Source: Botryllus schlosseri
Lineage: Eukaryota
Length of the DNA: 64,000 nucleotides
Direction: 5' to 3'
Assembly (NCBI GenBank): GCA_051294905.1
Contig: CM119372.1
Location: 5,768,001 to 5,832,000, forward strand
Shown here in pieces: positions 38,954 through 53,600 of this stretch. The notes below the pieces were generated by a model that searched no databases, had not been told where the DNA came from, and saw nothing but the letters and a program-made list of their open reading frames with translations. Position 1 is the stretch's first letter. Each line of letters starts with the position of its first letter. The position numbers and the translations under genes were made by a program.

Positions 38954-41658
38954 CACCCCACGCGAGTGGTACACCCTTTAAAAATTATGGTGCACCCTGG
39001 GGTGCACGATGCACCCGGTTGAAGAGCTCTGCGATATGGGATGGTTGGAACCCTAGAAATAGTCGGTTCAACAGCTATAGTACGTAGATTAAGAATAGAT
39101 CATCGGTACGAAATGAATGTTCTGATGATGATGACCGCCGAACGTCACAATGCGGCAAGATGATGTATAGTCCTGGTTAAAGATATTTCTGGTCCGTATA
39201 TGACTGGGGTTGGAAGCCTATTTCGTCAAAGGAGCTATATTTACCCTATATTCTCTTTTCGTGGATATCAATCCACTATGACGTCGCAATTGAATACGCG
39301 TGACGTCATGGCTTGAAAAAAAACATGTTTTACACAAGTGCCTTGTTTTAAACATGTTTGTTTGAAATTGATTTTTGTTATTTTTGTCAAGTAAATTAGT
39401 AGAGGAAATATAGTTACTGAAAATACAGTCAGTGACCAGCTGACTTCATGGCCTAATCTCACATCGCTGACCCCCTTTTTATGGTAAAGTTCCTCTCAAT
39501 TTTTGATCATAACATTCCGTTTGTCAGGTTTCATTAGTAATTTATTTACTGGATATAAGCAATGATATATATACAATGATTGGAAACTGCCACGCCCCTT
39601 AACGCTATAAGATAGATTCCCTGCGAAATCAGTCCGTCGCGGGATATGCTTGAGTAGAGGTACGGGATTGCGTATGTCGACTGTGGGGGAGTGCTGCAAT
39701 CGACCTTTCTGGCGTACTAATTCACTGATTTTCCGCAACTGGTTTAGTTTTTGTTGGATTCTTGAGCATAGCGAGGCAGTGCTGCATACTAGGATGTAAT
39801 ATAACTTTTAACAATGCACATTTATCAAAGTACCGACTAGCTGTGACGCATTTTAGCATCGGTTGCAACCATGCATGTACGACACAGCCTAAAAATTGTT
39901 AGATACTGTGGGTGAGCGTCAATATAGATGTGCAGAACCTAGAAGGATTGTTAAAAGAGGATTTTAAATTATTCTGGCAGCATTTACGTCACCTGAGATT
40001 TTAGAAGAGAAGGGTTGATTACGATAATTGTGTGAGCAACTAAGTTTTTTTTATATGGTATATATTGTAATATTGTGGGGCCGAATTCACCAAGGGCCGA
40101 GTTCACTGGCAACCATAGTATCAGTATAGCGATTGTAACTTCATAATATGAAATCGGAACTAACCGGAAACTATCATTGTACTGATTGGTAAAATGCTAA
40201 CATATATAACTTTTTACCGGGTCAGGCCGTTGAATCCACATCAATGATGAGAATCGGCATTGTTCCAAACAATACTCCATTGGCAAAACAATGCACTAGA
40301 ATGACATTGAGGAAAATCACTCCATAGTTGGTATTGTTCACATCGACCTGGCGTGATATGTCGTACTCCTCTCAATAGTTGAATCTTTCACACCGGGGTG
40401 TCCGAAATCGTCTACCAATGCCCAATTACTCAAAATATACCTGGTAAACGTTTTGGCACTTCTTTGATATAAACTACACGTTGTGAAGTGTTCCCCATGA
40501 ATTACCTGTGAACTTGAGTACTCGTTAAGATTGATAGCTGGAAGGATTGTACAAAATAGATGATTTATGCATTTGCGAGCAACATTTTATGGCGTCTTAT
40601 TCATTGAAAGGTTAGGAAATGATTTTGTAACCTTCGTCATTGTATAGTGTGTACGTCAATGGTATTTTATGTATAACCTACATACCTTTTCCCTATTTGC
40701 ATCACGCTTTATGACCTGAGCATGAGCATTTGTGTGTACTCTGCCTCAAATACCCAGGTAATGCCTCAAATACCCAGGTTATTTTTCCAGCAATGTAACT
40801 CCACAATAACCTCCAATGCAAAATCTCTCTCTTGAATATGCTCATTGCTCATATATATTGCATATGCAGTAATACGGCTTGAATATTTACCGTGTTGCGT
40901 AGATACGAATATCATCAATTGATAAACGTTTCTATTAAATATACATCGGCTTTGAATTTTGTTTGGGGACCTCGTCGATCATTTATTCAATGATATATCT
41001 CCGTCATACCAAATATGGGATATGACATTGGAATTAATGGTATTTAAGTAAAATATTAGAAGAAATTATCAGGATGGTATATAATAATAAAATAAGGTGG
41101 TACTAGAATAAATGTTTATTCAGACGGTGTGAATCATATTCTAGTACACCCGGCGAACACCTTGCCGTAACGGGCGTTGTTATTTAAAATATAATAGCCA
41201 CCAGGTTGTTAATCCTGTAGTGCAGCAGCCAAATCGCAGTGAATGTTTGGTAGCCTATACCTAATTTAAGAATGACAGTTTTATTTTGATTCCGTCATAG
41301 ATTTCGCCAGACAAAACTATTTCGAGTTTGCGATTAGACTTCATATAAGTTCATAAACCTTCGATTCGTGTTCGTAACCGGGGTTCAAACGAGCCTCAGC
41401 TGTTCGCAGAGCCATTCTCATGAGTTCCTCGGAGGCCAAGGACAATAATTCGAATTGATCAATTTGGCTTAAAGGATCACACTATTATATACAGTATATA
41501 ATATATTTATTCTTTGACATCGTTATTATTATTAAAGTTTGGACTGCCGGTCGGAGGATGAATATCGTCGATGTACTATAGTTCATTTATAGACTTACTA
41601 TTATTACCAGTATTCATATTTCCATGGTAATGAGTTTCTAAAATCGAAGAGCTTCAGG

Positions 41659-44600
41659 ATGTCATCGAGAAGGCTATTTGTTGCAATTTACATCACTATA
41701 AGATATATTGACTCATCATCAGGTAAGGCGTTGAGTTCGACGATAAATGCTGTTTCAATGATCGAATAATTGTCTCAACACGTCGTTATGAACGTTTTAT
41801 AATTCGTATTTTATGTTGCAATATTGCCATATCATATATAGGACTATATATGGACTGTGAATAACACTTAAATAACCATGGTAATCGTTCCCCGCTGTCG
41901 GCATATTTCCACTCTGCCATTCTTTGCATATCACAGTAAACTCGATTACGAATACAATAACTTTCACGATCGTTTAAAATCCAAACTTTCGATCCCTCAA
42001 CCAATACGCATAAAATCACGGGATGAAATGCTCTATATGTCCACGCACTAAAGTGTAGGGACTGGTGTAAACCTTTTAATTTCGCAGAGACATTGCCTCA
42101 CTACAGCTCACTTTGAAAAGCTATAAATGTGTCGTCAGTGGATCCGTAGTAGGGGAAGTGACGTGTGGTCGCCGGTCGGGGAAGGCAAGTGAGGCATTTT
42201 CTCACCTGTCGCCAGGATAGGTAAACGAAAATTGTGACACCTTCAATGATTATAACACCAATATTTATGTGTATTTACCATCGATGTTCCTGAAGGACTA
42301 CTTTTGAAACATTTTAACATACAAATTCACAGAATTTGCATATTTATTGTTCAAAAGTATAACGCGAAAGGAATAGTGAGGCTCAGGTGTGGCAATGACC
42401 GACCAAGCCTCACCTGTGATAGCGCAATCAATCACGGACAGATCAGAATTCGTAATAACTGGTATTAATAGAACGTTGTTGTCGCAGTGATACCGAAAAT
42501 CTAAACATGAACAAAACACCAAATCACCAGAGTCTCTACAAAATCGGAATGTGAAATTCCTCAATGTTACGTACAATGACAGCGCAGCTAGAGAGACACT
42601 GATCAGGTGAAGCACAGATGGATTTGTCCCATCTGCTGTTAGCTAACAATCCGACAATGCGGTATCAACTATTCGCAACTGATGGTGTAGTCATATGAAT
42701 CGTTTAAAAGCGACGGCCAACATGCCCTGCAGAGCAAACACATTCCCTTGTTGATATATCTGTTGCGTATTTTCCATTCATAGGCTACCTATACCTTCAA
42801 TTGTGGATATGTAGATTGTGTAGCACCTTCCTGCGTAGCCTGCTTGTGAAGAGTGGTGATGTGATAAGAAACGAGTCGCTAACTGAATCACCTACCATTA
42901 TGGGTATATTTGTATATCTGACTCTAAGTCAGGGGTGTCAACCATCCGGCCCGCTAGACGATTTCATCCGGCCAGCGAAGCAATTCGGGATAGATTGAAA
43001 GTTCTTGTATTATCCAGCAAATTTCTAGGAAATTTCGAGATTTTTATTGTGAAATAGGCTACTTCCATTAAGTAATCCATGAAGACAGGAAATTTCGTAC
43101 ACGTACGTAGGCCACATTACAACCATCCGACAGTGGTGTTGTAGTTTCACTCTACTCACCGTTTGGTGACATTGACGAGAAGGTATAAAAATTGCACACT
43201 GGATTCCGAGTTTTACCGAGAAATTCACATACAATTAGTTATCCCCAAAAGCGACAGCTCAAGTGCCGAACCGTTGCAGGTTCCATGGATAATATAATAG
43301 TTCCTCAAAGATATAATTCAAATATTCTTGGTGGCGAGGCTGTATCCCTTTTGACTAGTAAATGTGCCGGCCTCCTTAAAACCCTTATCGCGATTTAATA
43401 ATACTGAACGAAATTCGGTTAATTTGTTGTGTTCCTCACAACTCATACGCAGGGTAACGCCATATTACGACTAAGACATACGAAGCATAGAACGATACCT
43501 ACTTCTATCGCCGTTAGTGCAACTTTTTGCGGTTTTTAACTGTATTAAACCGGCCATTCACAGTCATTTTGTCAATTCCGTTGTTTGCGAGTACCGGCGT
43601 TGCTAGAAAGGACCCTCCATTGACACCCAATATAATATATTGCTTGATAATAAAGTATTCAAGTGAAAGACAAGTTCACCGATACGTGCGTGTTTTAGGT
43701 AGATGGTTCCTCTATATGTGCACTTTGTGCAGTTAGGTACACACTCCTGCGCAACTTCGGTCACAACTCAGTCATATAAAACGAAAAGTTGCATATGAAT
43801 GCTTCGCTTTTATCGACTAAAAAGTATTTCTGTTTTGGTATCGGAGTTATACTGATACATAATGAATCTGTTGCTGCAGTTTTAAAAATCATCATATATT
43901 GAAATCCGAAGAAGAGGACACCGTTCAAAAATTCTAATATCTCCAGTAACGGAAATAAAACTGGTGATTTTCGACCAATAATACTGTGTTGACTAAAAAT
44001 GTAATCTTTTCGACTCGACTCCGGAATTACCCACATTCACCCCTTTTTATTGGTGTTGATTAAAAAAAAAAGGTCATTCCCATCTGCTGAAGTAGGTAAC
44101 GTGACTATGATTCGGTCGGCATTGTGCGTATTGTATAAGTACGGCTGCTGTCTACAAATTCAAATCTCCGCCCGAATCTAAGATTTTAATTTGTTGTAAA
44201 CATATGTTATGTTTATTGTTCATGTCATTGGTCACTATATAATCAAATAAATGATTAGGTTTCGCTTATCCCAATTTTACTATAGTGTGGCTCGCGAACG
44301 GATTCGTATGTTGAATTCGGCCCGGCTCTAAACTAAATGGTCAGTGCCTCACCAACCACGAACCTCACCACACCTCACTGAGTAGAGGAGAGGTTATGCG
44401 ACATTGTCACACCATTTCCTTTCCTGGTATCCTACAAATTTGTCAGCCAAGCCAGATCCTTCCTAAGAACCCATGGGGATACCAAGAACTTATCTGAACA
44501 CCAGACTCAATGTTGTTATCAATACGAATAATGTAAGCTAGCGATGGTGTGAACCTCTGAAAGGTTCAGGTTCGTGTGAACGCGAACTTTTTGAAAGGTT

Positions 44601-47600
44601 CTGTGTGAACGTGAACCTCATGACGTGACGTCACGTCATATTGCTAATTCCAACCCGACATTTCAGTGAAGTGATAGCCTATATTAATGTACACGATATA
44701 CCGAGCGACGACTCGCGCCACAAAATGCCACAATGCTGAAGCAAGCCTACATATTGACGTTTTTAACGTCGCCAAATGTATCAACTGGGGCAATCAAATG
44801 ATATAATATTCCCATAAAATCAATATCTTTCGTCGCTTTGCCAACAATTTCGACGAGGACTTGCTAGGGAATATAAGCTTACGGCTTAACGGTCTAGGCC
44901 AGACCGGACAATGTATTCGGCGTCTGGGTATTACTACGTTGATATTGAGCAGAGTGTAAAACGGGTTTTTATACACTTGCTACCGATATTACGCCATCAA
45001 CAAGTTATACAGCAGCAGCTAACACCCCAATCGCACGGATTTGGTTTTTATGACACAATAAACATAAAAAATCAAGATCGAACCCGTACGCCTGCTCGAT
45101 ATTTTTTATATCAGCCAACGTTATCAGTTTCATTGATAGGTTTCATAAGCATCATTCGCTGACTACCGACATGAAGTGTATTTCGCTCTTGATGTTGTGT
45201 GATTGCGGGTCAGGCTCACAGCAGAGAGTCACTAAATATTCACAAACGGAAAGCTGGATATTTCGAGCAAACTTCTGTAACAAAGCAAGTAAAATTTTTG
45301 AGATTGACACGGAGTTGATTTTTTTTATGCTGCCAGCCAGCCATACAAAGATGTTATAATGAAGTGAAAATTGTAATATATGAAAAAGTTTCACCGTGCA
45401 GAACCTACGAAGGTTCGTTTGTGAACGTGAACCTCATGCTTACACCATTCCTATAAATTACGCATCTCAGCGGAAAATGAGTTTCCAGGTGACAAGATTT
45501 GAACCAATCAACAACATCAACATACACCAACAAAGAAGATCTGTACACGTGGTTATGAATTGCCAAAATGAGAACATGAAGACTAAATTAAGATAATATT
45601 AAAAACATTTCACGGGACACATGTGGAAGTAAACAATTGAATTTTATTTTCACAGCAGCTGCTATTTGTACCAGCCCTCCGACACTTCCGAACGGAGCAC
45701 TTGATGAAAATTGCAACTTGGTCTCCTTCGGAGCCGCATGCAGCATAACTTGTGTTTATGGCTACTATGTAAATGGCTCCGGAAATGCCATTTGCATCAA
45801 AATTGCGTCTGCAGATGAACCTAACGAAGTGCGGGGATCGTGGAACACTGCAGGAACGACATGTACCGGTACTAAAACACAGTGATTATTATTAAATAGT
45901 TTTAGGTAATTTTTAATTTTACTTTCATCAGCTGTAAAATGCAACACGGACCCAACGATTCCGAACGGGGCCCTTGATAGCAGCTGTAGTGACGGCTATT
46001 TTGGGGATACATGCAACATAACGTGTGTACATGGATACTATGTAGATGGAAGAGGTTCGGCAATTTGCGACGATGTTAGTCTGACAGATGATACTAACGA
46101 AGAGGGATCATGGATTACATCGGGAACATCGTGTACAGGTCTAACTTCTATCCAATATTTATAAATTTCAGCTAATGTGAAATGTTTTTCCTTTGATCAG
46201 CCGTTAAATGCTTCACCGACCCAACAATTCCGAATGGGGTTCTTGATAGTAGTTGTAAAATGAAAGCTCTTTGGGTGATACATGCAACATAATATGTGCA
46301 TATGGTTACTATGTAGTTGGTAATGGGTCAACAATCTCCGACGACAGAGGTATATCGCGCGGAGCGCAAAACCTTTTTCAGATTACTGCAGCTTCCCGCC
46401 CCCTTCAGATGCTTTCACGCCACACCAAGGGGGCGCCCCGCTCCGTCGAGTAATTTCTGCGGTAACTGTGATTCCAATATAGGAGAGAACATTTGATCCC
46501 GGGCGATATTATTTTAAGTCAGTATTGGTCTCTTCGCATTAGCCTTATATAGCATACCTCGCACGATGTCGAGTTCGAGATCTACCCAGTTCCCTTCAAA
46601 CAGATATCCACCCGGTTCCCTTCAAACAGATCTTTAACGTGACTGCGAATAACTGCTTGCGTCCTACCAAATCGCTTCAACCGCCGGCTCATAATTAATC
46701 GCATTACGGAAAGCCGTTTAGAACTCCAGACGCCGAACCTTTCATACAGGACTGTAACGGCCGCACACCAAATCCCCCAATTTGGGGGGGGGGCGAGCCC
46801 GAACGGGACCAAGAATTATGTATTGAATTAACATAAAATATATAGTTTTATTTAATTTACCCAACTTTTTCAAAATATTCTCGCGCAGTGCGCGATTTAA
46901 TGGGGTAAGATATCTTGATAATTTGGATACCCTACCCAAATACGCATGATAAAAAGTTAACAACCGCTGTTTTAGAGGTTCGCACCATCCCTAGCTCTCA
47001 GCACTTATATAAGTCATCCATCTACGACGATTGATATCTAAATATTTATGGGATCACGTCGCCGTTGCTATCAAGTTCAGTCAATACGAAGGCGATGCGA
47101 TGCGAATTAGATTTGAATATCTCAGAAAAAATGTGCTGGTTGTCGGAGCACTATTGTTGACATTGTTTATGAACATAATCGCTACCCGAATTACGGGTAT
47201 TAGTTATACTTGCTGTTCAATCTGCGCTCTCATTCCATTCATCGCAATACTGAAAAGCTTTAAGCCGAACGCAAATAAATGTGATATTAGAATTGGTCTT
47301 GTAGTATCGTCTACTCTCCAATGGTAAGTGGTTTTAGTTCATTTATATTCGCTTGGACCCTTGACAAACATTGTACAGTGCTAGTAGTCATATCACAAGG
47401 TGTCAACTGTCTGTTTGTTGTTATCGAATTGCGGAATGGATGACTTCTTTCTGTGGGTTTGTAATCAAAACTCACAGGAAAATCCGTTTCAAAAGTTACA
47501 ACTATTCGACAATATCTGAGAAGAGAATCCGTGATAATATCCGAATTGTATCCGACTGCCACAAAATTGTCCAATACCCGGTCCGAATGCTATCCGAGTC

Positions 47601-50600
47601 CGTCCAATGCTCATCACTGCTCCAGGTACGCGTAATGGTTGTTGTGAGGATGATGTCTGCCGACCGTGGTCGTGTAGTCGTTGTGAAAGATATTTTTCGA
47701 TCCGTTCAAGATAGCGTCAAAAACCTTTTTAGTCAAAGGAGCCGCGATTACCCTAATTTCAATCCACTGTGACGTGGCCATTGAAGATTTGCTACGTCAT
47801 GACTGAAAAATGAAATATTTTAAACAAGGATCATTTTTTAGGCATGTTTGTTTTAAATTTATTTGTGTTTTAAATGCGATTCTAGGTACAACTTCTGCTC
47901 AATAATTATAGTTACGGAGTACATGAAATATTTTTTTGCTTCATCAGCTGTAAAATGCAGCACCGATCCAACAATTCCGAACGGGACGATTGATCGCCAA
48001 TGTAATGTCGGGTCATTTGGGGATACATGCAACATAACGTGTGCAGCTGGTTACTATGTAGACGGTGAAGGGTCAGCAATTTGCGAAGATGATAGCTCGG
48101 GAGATGACACTAATGAAGAGGGATCATGGAATACAGCTGGAACAACGTGTACAGGTATAACTTTCATCCCATTATTATAGGTACATCTTACATAGGGTGT
48201 TTCTTTGACAGCTTTAAAATGCAGCCCCTATCCAACAATTCCGAACGGGGCCTTTGATACTAGCTGTAATAACGTCTCTTTTGGGGACACATGCAACATA
48301 ACGTGCGCAGATGGATACTATTTAGATGGCACAGGATCAGCAATTTGCGATGATGATAGTCCGACAAATGATACTAACGAAGACGGTTCATGGAATACTA
48401 ACGGAACAACGTGTGAAGGTATAACTTCTATCCAGGGCTTCGGAGCCGAAGCAGGAGCTAGATCCGGATCTCTATATAAAATTCATCTGGAGAGGGAGTC
48501 GGAGCTTGCGCCGTTTATTTGAAAAGTAGCTCCGGTTCCGATGTATTTCATAAGTTGCTATATGCTATACTGGCTGAATTGTTGCCTCGTTGGCGCTACC
48601 ATTTCTAACTAAGCATGTCCAATTGTCCTTACGAGTGCGCCAAGCCTGGATAGGCTAGATATGACGCGACTTACTCCGTAATTACTGTATTGTGGTCATT
48701 CATCAGCACAACACCGATGACCATGCAATTTTGCGTTTCGAAAAGTAGTGATCACTATGCATTTCATCTCCTTTATTGTCAGAACGGGAAACTCGTGCAC
48801 GCTATTTACCCCATGAACCGTGAGAGACTGTAGCTCAACCTTCTAAGGAATCACGTCACCGTAGAGAGGTGGAGCAAACAGTTCAAGACGCTACTGGCGT
48901 TAAAAGTCGGAACCACGTATACTTGCTGAACTTGGTAGAAATCCAACCAAAACGCTGGGAAGGAACTGGCATTGTTGTTGATATACTGCACATGGCACAT
49001 CAACACCACCAGTAGGTCATGTCAGTAAGACATGATGTAGGAGTGGCAACATAGTCCGAACACGCCACCAACATGATGTCCGAGTGGAAACGCAGTACGA
49101 ACATACCTCAGACATGATATCCGAGTGGCAACATAGTCTGAACACGCCACGAATACAATTTCCGAGTAACAGCGTAGTCCGAACATAACCCAGACATAAC
49201 AACACAACCAAAACATAAAATTTCACATTTTTTTCTGCTTACCATATAAAATTGTTAGGCTGTCAGTAGAGATGAGCCCCACCAAATTCGGCTCGATTCT
49301 AACCACTACAAGCAAAGTTATTGCAGTAGAAATTTTTCTAATTCTATAATTTTATAATAATATACCTTTTTTCACATCGATAGGCCCATGTGGTTTGATT
49401 TCAAAGACTATACTCCATGTCGTTTCGACACCTTCCTATCTTCTATCACCATCTTGTGCTGTTTTTGAAAGGATTTATACTCAGCTCAATAAACCATACT
49501 TGTGCATTGTGCAAACTAATGGATTTTCAAAATACGCAACTTGAACTACTCAAAAAATAGTAGACAATTCATTAGATGGTAGTTTTTTTCAAGACAGCCA
49601 TATTCCCATTTTTTTTTATCGACGCTGCCTAACTTTCGATCAAGTGCGTGTTCAAATTCTTCTCTTTTGATTTAGGTAAATACAAGACCGCAATCGCAAC
49701 CATGTTACTTATAATTGTGATAGCTGGTCTCGGATTTCTAGCGCGTTGCGCCCTGATTAGAGTTCGAGGCATTCCAGAAGACTGCGCAGCAAACTCAGAT
49801 GTCGTTTCGATGGATCGAGTTCAACAAAACACTATGAGTACTGAATGTACGTTGGCAGAGAACGATACAGAAAGACGGCGCGAAGAAGCTTTGGCAAAAA
49901 GAAGTATCGGTGAAATCGATGAAATGATAGATGTGAAAGTTCAAGAGAACCATGAACAGGCTTTCTCTCTCCAAAATCGACCAAGCATGATAAAAAACGA
50001 CAATACTTCACGCGTTGATTCGAGCCCTGACGCTAAAGTTGACCAAGAGACTCTCGGAGGTAAAGAACTTCAATACAGACTTGAATAACATAACCATATC
50101 GAAATATACCCGATATTTTCGGCTGATATTCGTCAGGGGCAAATAAATTTCTGTGACTAGTAGAGAATGTACACGTGAACATCATATTGAAATAAACCCA
50201 ATATTTTCGGCTGTCACTCGTCAGAATCGTAAAGAACTTTCTATATCAATAATCGTGTCACCAAGTATGATATCAATGACCTAAAATTTCAAACAGATGG
50301 CTTAAACTCAATGTACTGTTTTTAGATCATAAAAGTCTATCTGTTGGCACAAACTAGGTAGGTGGATTTTGATAAAAGTCGAATCAAAAGCGGATAAAAA
50401 AGAAAAAAATGACGGCGGCCTTTGAGACGACGCGAAATCTTTGGTCTCAATAATTGTTCGCAAGAGTAGAATGATTCATTAAATGCTTGCCGATAGCGGA
50501 ATTCATGGCCATCGCCTGTTCTGATTCGATCTGCTTGGGATGAATCAGGGGTGACCATTGATCAGAGTGTGATGCGAGTGTGCTAATAAAGCTGACTGAC

Positions 50601-53600
50601 GCTCTGTTTTATGCGGCACTGCAAATGTTGGGTTGTTCTTCCCTCGTAGCCGCGATCGCAGTGGCACTTATATTCAGGGTTGCATTCAAAACAAGTAGTG
50701 TTTTAAAACACACTGTCTTAAGACATGTTATAAACGTGTTTTTTGTTAAATGTGATTATTTTTAAATGTGTGATTATAACATAATTATGTAACTAAATAC
50801 TTTCGGACAAAACATGTAGTATCCTAATGTGAGCCTACGGACGGTTTGCACCTGATTTACCGTCGACGTATACGATGTGGAGTGGCCCTCGAAATCGTCG
50901 TCATTTCAACAGTTATAGCATGTAGATCAGTGCTCTTCAACCTTTTTCGTCGTGGTACACCCTTTTAACGTCTACTCGAAAATCTTACACCCCTGACCAG
51001 ATAACTCACTGATTGCGTATAGTAAGACTAATCCAGGGGTGTTCGACCTCCTTGTTATTCACAGTCGTGATTCGATGCCATCCAACCGCCACATTCTGGC
51101 GGAGACTGGTCATGGCCAATCTGGACGTCATACTCATGTTAAATGTTAAAAAAAGGAAAGCTATTTGAATTCTCTTTCCAATCGCGTGAAGCGCGAAAAA
51201 ATTTTGATTCTAGATTCGTACGCCTGCAGGTTGTCCTCCACTGGCATGTTGAAATATTGATTGAACAAGGCTGCAACTTATTTGAAATGCTGAATGCTAA
51301 TCAGGGACCGAGGTTATCGGACCACCATCTAGCACAGTGGTTCCCAAATGCGACCCCCCAGAGACACCCTGACTAGGCCCCTGTAATGATATACACTGCG
51401 CTGTTTATAACCATCTTGCAGAAAGCATTAATTCAATATTTTTGAGCTATCGTGGTGGTTTCCTCGAGAATCATTATAGACAGCTATAGCACACACATGT
51501 CAACCCTATCCTTACAGTACCTTACCAGCACAGTCTCTATATGAACATATTCTACGACATTGCACACCCGGTCAACATGTTTCGAACCATAAACTTGACT
51601 GTTTATTGTGATAGCTATACTCATCGGTCTATTTCAAGTCGGATCTGGTACACCCCCGTACACCTCATCTGAGTGGTACACCATTTTAAAATTTTGGTGG
51701 TTCTCAACCGGGAGTCCGCGGAACCCTGGGGTCTGCGGAGCATTTTCAGGGGGTTCGCGAAGCCTCAAAATAATTTGTATTGTTTTTAAATTCTGAAAAT
51801 CACGAGGCAGCTTAGCTTCATTACTAGTAAAACTCCAGAGCTCACATCAACAGAATGGCAGTCTGAGATGAAATAACCTACTCTGCAGACTATGACTATC
51901 ATTTTAATTGCTAAGTTGCCAATAGCTTACTGACACAAACATTTTCCTGTTCAGAGATGTTTTATTGGGGATTGTGGAGAAACAATTGGATTAGTAACGT
52001 CAATCACGGCTACTTCAAAATGTTTACAAAAATCCATTTTCTCCTGTGATATATATAACCATTTCCCGTAATAACTTCAAGATAAGCTGCTAGATAGAAA
52101 TGACCGGGCTTGACGTTATAGTATATGTCCATTAATTTTTTTTGACAGATTTGGTGTCATATTTTCAAGACACAACCTATTTCAAGAAAGGCAATTGCAG
52201 AATTCGCTTCGAAGTAATAAAAGTCAACTCAATTTCCGCATGAATAGTATGATCGTATTTTTAAGAAAAGTTATTTTGTTGCTGTTTATCACTAAGCCTA
52301 CAGTTATCATTTGTAGACTGCTAGACATTTGACGATTGCACGTTAACTGAGTTAAATTTGAACTAAAACTTTGTGGGGGTCCGCGGGGGTCCGTAACGGT
52401 CCGAAAGGGGTCCGCGAAGACAAAAAGGTTGAGAACCACTGCCCTAGATTGTACGAAACACCCAGTTGAGCAGCCCTGATGTAGATTATAGATCATTGTT
52501 ACTCCGTTGTTGCTTATTCTAATTTTTCAAGTATCATTTAGATTAAAATGTTGTGTGTGATTTACACTGCGATACAATCACGAGGTTCATGTTCTGTTAT
52601 CGCGTACCGCCTTTGAGGCGTGAATGCAAACTCTTCTCGCTAGGATTGTTCAATACTTTGTCAAAATGCAGGAAATGTGGCATGGAGCAGCACTCTAGTC
52701 TTCACTGTATCGCAACACTTACTGACCGTAGACTCCAATTGCTTTTCAAAGCTGACCAAAGTAAAAGTCGCGATAATAGCAATTCCGAGGCAGAGGGCAA
52801 TTGTCCTACTAGTGGAATCGATGAAATGGATGAAGTTCTCCCAGATGCAGACGAGGGGGGATATATCGAGCACGTGGACATTCAGGGTATAGTAAAGCCT
52901 GAACCGACGGATGGCGCATACACGGTCTACAATAACGCCGGACTTCTTGATAAAATTGAAGGTATGAAATTAGGTACAGCTCTACAAATAGGGTTGCATT
53001 TAAAACAAACGATGTTTTAAAATATTTGTTTAAACCACGTCTTAAACAATGTTAGAAACAAGGGCCTTTTCTTAAAAAAATGATTTTTTGAAGTTTTTTT
53101 AATTATGCCATAATTGTGTGAATACTGTCCAAAAAACATGTTGTATGAGTCTACGGACAATTACCACCCGATTTAGCCGACGTATATCGATATGGAATGG
53201 TTGGAAATAGCTGATTCAACAGTTATAGTACAGATATTTCGTCAAAGGAGCTATATTTACCCTATATTTTCAATTGCCAATGTCAATCTATTATGACGTC
53301 ATAACTGAATATCCATGACGTCATGACTTAAACAAAAAACAAAGCAAAAAAAACAATAAAAACATGTTTTAAATTGGGGCCTTGTTTTAAACATGTCTGT
53401 TTTTAATTGATTTTTGTTTTAAATGCAACCCTATCCACAACCATATCAGTACTAGGACTTTGCAAAATCGAGTTTAATCGAATGATTCGAATTTAGTGTT
53501 ATGCGTGGAGAAAACAGTCGAGTATCACCCATGATAACGTCAAATCAGTATGAACCACGTGGAATGTTCTAAATATGTCCCACAAAGAATGCAATGCCAG

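Noticed and set aside
42390..42610. VKFLNVTYNDSA and LTCDSAINHG as an Ig or Sushi exon in intron 1 of the ITIM gene
   Set aside because: Stops in all frames, no consistent Cys/Trp spacing and no splice sites.
26812..48418. Naming the Sushi genes as selectin, SVEP1, complement receptor or fester
   Set aside because: No lectin, EGF, vWA or HYR exons were found, there is a single TM, and the tails are unrelated to those proteins. No orthology can be supported without a search.
49028..49200. ~41-nt repeats as a CRISPR or structured RNA array
   Set aside because: Head-to-tail degenerate minisatellite without unique spacers, probably part of a decayed retroelement.
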